60,209 nucleotides of DNA from NCBI GenBank assembly GCA_023136775.1, contig JAGLQO010000003.1:1-60209 (forward strand), given 5' to 3'. The stretch comes from Candidatus Pacearchaeota archaeon. GTDB taxonomy: Archaea > Nanobdellota > Nanobdellia > Pacearchaeales > GW2011-AR1. Of this stretch, positions 56,131 to 60,209 are shown piece by piece. Each line of letters opens with the position of its first letter. Within the stretch, counting starts at the first letter, position 1. The position numbers and the translations under genes are program-made. A model generated the notes under the pieces. That model was not told where the DNA came from, searched no databases, and worked only from the letters and a program-made list of their open reading frames with translations.

Positions 56131-57153
56131 TTAATTTGATTCACTAAAAGCATTCAAAACAAATCTTGAATCGATAAGACCTTCTGCAAGAAATGTCTCA
56201 TCCGACTGCCCATGGTCTAACATGAATTCTGAAATGAATTCTGAAACTCTATATAAAGAAATATCACTGCTAGAATCACTCAGGGCCAATTTGTTTTCTT
56301 CTAAATTAAGCAGCTTAATTCCTCCAGAAGCTCCCATCAAATCCGACAAAGGAACACCAGTTCTGTTTGACATTAATGAATAAGCACCATTTTTATTTCC
56401 TGCTATAAAGTTATGAGCTCGAACCAAGGCATTGACTATTCCCTGAATATCCTCTTCTCTATCTTCTATAACATCCTTTTTAATGGTCAAAACGTCAACA
56501 ATAAATCCGGGTGCGTCCTTGGAACTTGCAATTAAATTATATCCACTTTCTACAGCCTTCGTTTTTATTGGTTCCCATGTATGCCCCGCATCTATTTCGC
56601 CATTTTCTAAAGCGTCAAGAACATTATAGGCAGAAACTTCTACAATTTCAACATCGCCTTCTGTTAAATTGTTTTTTTCAAGTAAATAAACCAAAAATCT
56701 ATGAGAGAAACCGTTCAAAAATGAAACCCCAACCTTCTTACCTTTCAATTCAAAAACAGAATGAATATCAGGACTTGCGACTATAACATCTCCTCCGTAC
56801 GAATAATCAAATATATAGACCACTCGAGAATCAAAATCAACTGTCCCATTTACAGAATATGGGGGATAAACTCCAGGGTACCCATCATAAGGAGAATCTT
56901 CTTTAATAACCTCTTCTCCTATAGTTTCACTATCAATTAATATATCAAAATTTACATCAACCCCTTCATCTTCAAAAAAACCATTCTCATAAGCGACATA
57001 TAAGGGAATATATCCAGCCCAGCTATCAACTATCAAATATATGGGGTCCTTATTAGGATGTGTAGTAGAACCAACTAAAAAAAACGTTCCAAAAATCAAT
57101 GAAACAACTATTAAAAACCAAACACAAAAAAATACAATAAAATGCTTCTTCAT
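56131..57153 (-). CDS. NMT1/SsuA-like ABC-type substrate-binding protein
   Basis: N-terminal anchor. LIVDSWAGYIPLYVAYENGFFEDEGVDV is typical of NitT/TauT-family binding proteins. Confidence 0.7.
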   Translation of the reverse strand: MKKHFIVFFCVWFLIVVSLIFGTFFLVGSTTHPNKDPIYLIVDSWAGYIPLYVAYENGFFEDEGVDVNFDILIDSETIGEEVIKEDSPYDGYPGVYPPYSVNGTVDFDSRVVYIFDYSYGGDVIVASPDIHSVFELKGKKVGVSFLNGFSHRFLVYLLEKNNLTEGDVEIVEVSAYNVLDALENGEIDAGHTWEPIKTKAVESGYNLIASSKDAPGFIVDVLTIKKDVIEDREEDIQGIVNALVRAHNFIAGNKNGAYSLMSNRTGVPLSDLMGASGGIKLLNLEENKLALSDSSSDISLYRVSEFISEFMLDHGQSDETFLAEGLIDSRFVLNAFSESN

Positions 57154-57200
57154 GTACTAATGTAGAAAAATAAAGTTATATAACAAACTACGAATATATT

Positions 57201-57800
57201 CTAAAGCTCAAGTTCCATTAGCGCACAAGAAGGTGTACTATTAATATCTTCAAAAACTTTTTCGCCATTATAAGAAAAATCTTTATAAAAAATTTCATTG
57301 ACTGTTTTGAATCCAAGCTTAGAAACAGCCTTACGAGAATATGGGGAAGTAGCTTCTAAAATAATTTTTCTATAGCCCACATTTTTTGCCAAATCAATAT
57401 TTCGAATAATCATCTCATGAGCTACTCCTTTATTCGCATAATCTAAAAGAACTCCAATATAAGAAAAATGTAAAACATTATCAGAAACATTATATCCTTC
57501 ATGCAACTCCCCCATAAGCTTTGAAATAGGAGTAAAAGAATCAACTAAAATATAATTACTAGGCTTATAATCCAAAAAATCATAGGCCAAAAGCGCTCCA
57601 ACTATCTTCTCGTCAATTGCGCAAAAAGACAAGTTCTCATCAATAGACCTATTAACTTCTCCATTTGCAAAAGAAACCCAATCATTAAAACTAATCCCAA
57701 GGGCAACACTCAATGAATCTTTGTTAAAAAAAGATTCTGCAATACAATTAATCGCGCCTTCGCAATCATTTCTACCAAGCAATTTATATTCTAAATCCAT
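57201..57800 (-). CDS. GNAT-family N-acetyltransferase
   Basis: Motif A region YIGVLLDYANKGVAHEMI...LEATSPYSRKAVSKLGF. The start overlaps the upstream stop (TAATG). Confidence 0.75.
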   Translation of the reverse strand: MDLEYKLLGRNDCEGAINCIAESFFNKDSLSVALGISFNDWVSFANGEVNRSIDENLSFCAIDEKIVGALLAYDFLDYKPSNYILVDSFTPISKLMGELHEGYNVSDNVLHFSYIGVLLDYANKGVAHEMIIRNIDLAKNVGYRKIILEATSPYSRKAVSKLGFKTVNEIFYKDFSYNGEKVFEDINSTPSCALMELEL

Positions 57801-58543
57801 TATACTTTTCCAATTTCATCTTGCAAATTCTTTGGCAAATGAACATATGGACACATAACTAAAGCCATCCCAATTTCATTAAAACCAATTTCTATTTCTT
57901 TTTTTGAGATATAAATTTTCTCAACATTAATCTTTTGCATGTCAGCAACTTCGAGAGAACTCATGACCGCCTTTTCAAAATAATCGTCATCTATATTTTC
58001 CACAAGTCCAACGTCTTCCATTAACAAAAATGGATTAATTGCCTTGTCTTTTGGAACACTAATAGACAAAGCAGAATAAATACTGCTGCCCTCTTTATCA
58101 TAAGACAAACTCTTCATTGCACAAGGAACCATAGAACCAGGGAAGAATGGATAATTGGGATTTTTAATAGTTCCGAGTATACTGGAAGTAACTTCTAGTA
58201 GAGGATCCAAGCTGCAAATCTCAATACCTTCAATGCTATCAATTACCTGATCTTCTTTTTTAAAAAAATCATATCCTGCCAATCTTCCATTGGGGCCGAT
58301 AAAAGAAGAAACGCCAATCGCATTTATTTTTCCAGCATTGGCGAAACTAACTTGAGCAGCATCAAATGCCGCTATTTCTTCTAATTTTTGTGGGCGTCCT
58401 TTTTTAGTAATTGATGCAACTCCGAGATAAGGCAAAACAACATATCTTCCATTGGGGTTATCTAAAAATCCAGAACAATGTCCGTCATGACTTGAAAAAT
58501 AAGAATCGTCAAGCTCTCTACCTTTAATGAAATCACCTTTCAT
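57800..58543 (-). CDS. hdcA: Pyruvoyl-dependent histidine decarboxylase-like proenzyme
   Basis: NAIGVSS|FIGPNGRLAGYDFF resembles the Lactobacillus HdcA self-cleavage site (TASS|FTGVQGRVIGYDIL). PGSMVPCAMKS and MCPYVHLP also match from memory. Confidence 0.65.
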   Translation of the reverse strand: MKGDFIKGRELDDSYFSSHDGHCSGFLDNPNGRYVVLPYLGVASITKKGRPQKLEEIAAFDAAQVSFANAGKINAIGVSSFIGPNGRLAGYDFFKKEDQVIDSIEGIEICSLDPLLEVTSSILGTIKNPNYPFFPGSMVPCAMKSLSYDKEGSSIYSALSISVPKDKAINPFLLMEDVGLVENIDDDYFEKAVMSSLEVADMQKINVEKIYISKKEIEIGFNEIGMALVMCPYVHLPKNLQDEIGKV

Positions 58544-58625
58544 ATAGAATAAACATTATGTTTTTTTATAAATGTAGAGGTAAATCCTTTGGATTTACGG
58601 TAGGGGTAATTCTGCGGAATTTACT

Positions 58626-58708
58626 GGTCTGGGGTGGCGGGTCTGGGGTGGCGGGTCTGGGGTGGCGGGTCTGGGGTAGAAAACATTGTTGCGTCGTTTG
58701 TCGACGCT
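58626..58708 (+). repeat. R-motif copy 3: 14-mer GGTCTGGGGTGGCG x3.7 plus CATTGTTGCGTCGTTTGTCGACGCT
   Basis: Perfect tandem 14-mers at 58626-58677. The conserved motif is at 58684-58708. Confidence 0.85.
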
Positions 58709-58722
58709 TTTGTTTTTGTGTT

Positions 58723-60159
58723 TTAATTCCTAAATATTCTGTCCATTGCGTCTTTTCTTTTTTCTTCGCCTAAGCATTTTTGACAAACTTTTGAACCGTC
58801 AATTGCTATTCCGAAATATTTTTCTTGGGTCATTCCGTGACATCTTAGACATGCTCTTAAACAATTTCTGCATCTTTCGTCACCAGTTACACAATCTTTT
58901 CGGAGGTGTTCTTTACAAATTGATTTGCCGCAACCATGACACACTATAAAGCAACTTTTACAAAGTGACTTCCCACAAATAGAACAACTTCGCTTTAAAC
59001 AATTCTTACAAAAAGTTTTCCCACAGTCGTTGCAAGTACTCAAACAATCATCACAACTAATATGTCCAGCAGAACAAAGATTTATTTTTGATATTTCTTT
59101 CCCGCAACTTTCGCAATTTAATTTGTTTAAAGTTTTTGTCAAGGGGTCATAGTTCATTTCTATAAATCTTCCAGAAGAATCACCTTTTAGAAATAGGTTA
59201 AAACTGAAAACTGGGTAGTAAATTATCGTCGTGTTTGCGAGTTTATTGTCGACGCTTAAACTGTGTTTATGTATTGCGTCTTTAATTGTAAATTCTTTTT
59301 CTTTTAGGACTCTAACCCGAGCATCGTCATCACCTATTTTTATTAGAGATTTTTTTAATCTGTCTAATTTAGTTCTTAGGTTCTCAATTTCTTCTTGAGG
59401 GGCAGTTCTTAAAGATAATTCTGTTTTTTTTACTTTTTCTAACTGGGTTGCTAAATCTGTCCCTAGCTCCCTAATCAACTTATCATAATGTATATTAATT
59501 CTTGCTATTTCTTCTTCTGCCTTTTTCTCTAAATTTTCTCCTATCTCCGCTGTCTTCTTATTTAATATTTCTTTTAATATTTCTTTTGCCGTCTTGTAAT
59601 CTTTTTTTATATGATTACTTGATGCTTTGTCACTTTCGCCCTCTGTAACTGTATACCCGCTAAGGTCTCCGTTTACAATTTTTCCGTTATGAATATAGAT
59701 TTCGTTTATAATTTGTTCTGATTCGTTCATATACCTGAAAGTTGTTACGAACGTGAATCTTGAAAAGAAATTATTCCTGTGCCTTTTTTCTAGATTATCT
59801 ATTTCACAATTTTCTAAACTAATAGCTGATTTAATTTCTTTTACTGGGTCTACATCAAAATCTATTTTCAGTAGAGTTGTTTTTCCTGTACCTGATAAAT
59901 ATTTTGTCATAGTGGTAAACATTAAACTTCCTTTTCCTACAAAATGATTTACCCCTGGAGTTGTGAAATTTATTTTGTAAGGCGGGGATGTTCCCAATAA
60001 ATCTTCAAAACTTTTTGGAACATTTTCAACTATTAAAAATTCTCCAACTTTAGAAAGTTTACATTTTAAATTTTGGAAAAATTTGATTGTGAAATCCTCT
60101 ATTTGCTCTGTCATGAGAAATTTGGGGGAAATTCGTTTAAGAATATTGTTGTAGGCCAC
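58723..60159 (-). CDS. Hypothetical protein with a coiled-coil middle and a C-terminal array of about 12 CxxC pairs
   Basis: 478 aa. C-terminal CESCG..CDDC..CNDCG..CKNC..CSICG..CKSC..CHGCG..CKEH..CRNC..CLRCH..CQKC. Confidence 0.6.
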   Translation of the reverse strand: MAYNNILKRISPKFLMTEQIEDFTIKFFQNLKCKLSKVGEFLIVENVPKSFEDLLGTSPPYKINFTTPGVNHFVGKGSLMFTTMTKYLSGTGKTTLLKIDFDVDPVKEIKSAISLENCEIDNLEKRHRNNFFSRFTFVTTFRYMNESEQIINEIYIHNGKIVNGDLSGYTVTEGESDKASSNHIKKDYKTAKEILKEILNKKTAEIGENLEKKAEEEIARINIHYDKLIRELGTDLATQLEKVKKTELSLRTAPQEEIENLRTKLDRLKKSLIKIGDDDARVRVLKEKEFTIKDAIHKHSLSVDNKLANTTIIYYPVFSFNLFLKGDSSGRFIEMNYDPLTKTLNKLNCESCGKEISKINLCSAGHISCDDCLSTCNDCGKTFCKNCLKRSCSICGKSLCKSCFIVCHGCGKSICKEHLRKDCVTGDERCRNCLRACLRCHGMTQEKYFGIAIDGSKVCQKCLGEEKRKDAMDRIFRN

Positions 60160-60209
60160 TTTTTTAGAAAAAGCCCCCTGGGGTAAAAATCAATTAGATT
60201 TAGTCTAAA

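Noticed and set aside
58626-58677. Possible CRISPR array (perfect 14-nt tandem repeats).
   Set aside because: The repeats are contiguous with no spacers, the unit is far too short, and there are no cas genes. It is a simple tandem repeat.

Overview
AT-rich archaeal chromosomal segment. The domain call rests on family-B DNA polymerase, FEN1, TFE-alpha, TFS, CDC48, Sec11-type signal peptidase and type-2 MetAP. It has a small-genome, DPANN-like flavour (inference): AlaRS lacks the C-Ala domain, many secreted or membrane proteins have no known function, and there is a class III signal-peptide protein and a 1437-aa tail-fibre/YadA-like surface protein. I call about 55 CDS, one tRNA-Val(UAC) surrounded by decayed partial copies of itself, one intact IS200-type Y1 transposase, and a RelE/AbrB toxin-antitoxin pair. 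There is also a likely horizontally acquired operon of pyruvoyl histidine decarboxylase, GNAT and a binding protein. I see no rRNA and no CRISPR array. The most unusual signal is non-coding. A modular, multi-hairpin element occurs in 6 full copies, 2 hairpin-only copies and many decayed fragments. Its helices keep pairing through compensatory substitutions, while its loops and junctions (CTGGTG, TAGATTCC, CTTACCG...CGCAGA, GATATA) stay invariant. Most P1-bearing copies (A, C, E, F, G, H) start 0-5 nt after the stop codon of the upstream gene in sense orientation. One copy is flanked by a perfect 74-bp duplication of a neighbouring gene end. By eye, most of the GC-richer intergenic DNA in the window (GAGCGA-rich and CACGGAT-rich repeats, ATTGTTG+hairpin motifs) looks like divergent or decayed pieces of the same superfamily. 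I cannot match it to any RNA or mobile-element family I know. All similarity and covariation statements are by-eye readings and need computational confirmation.
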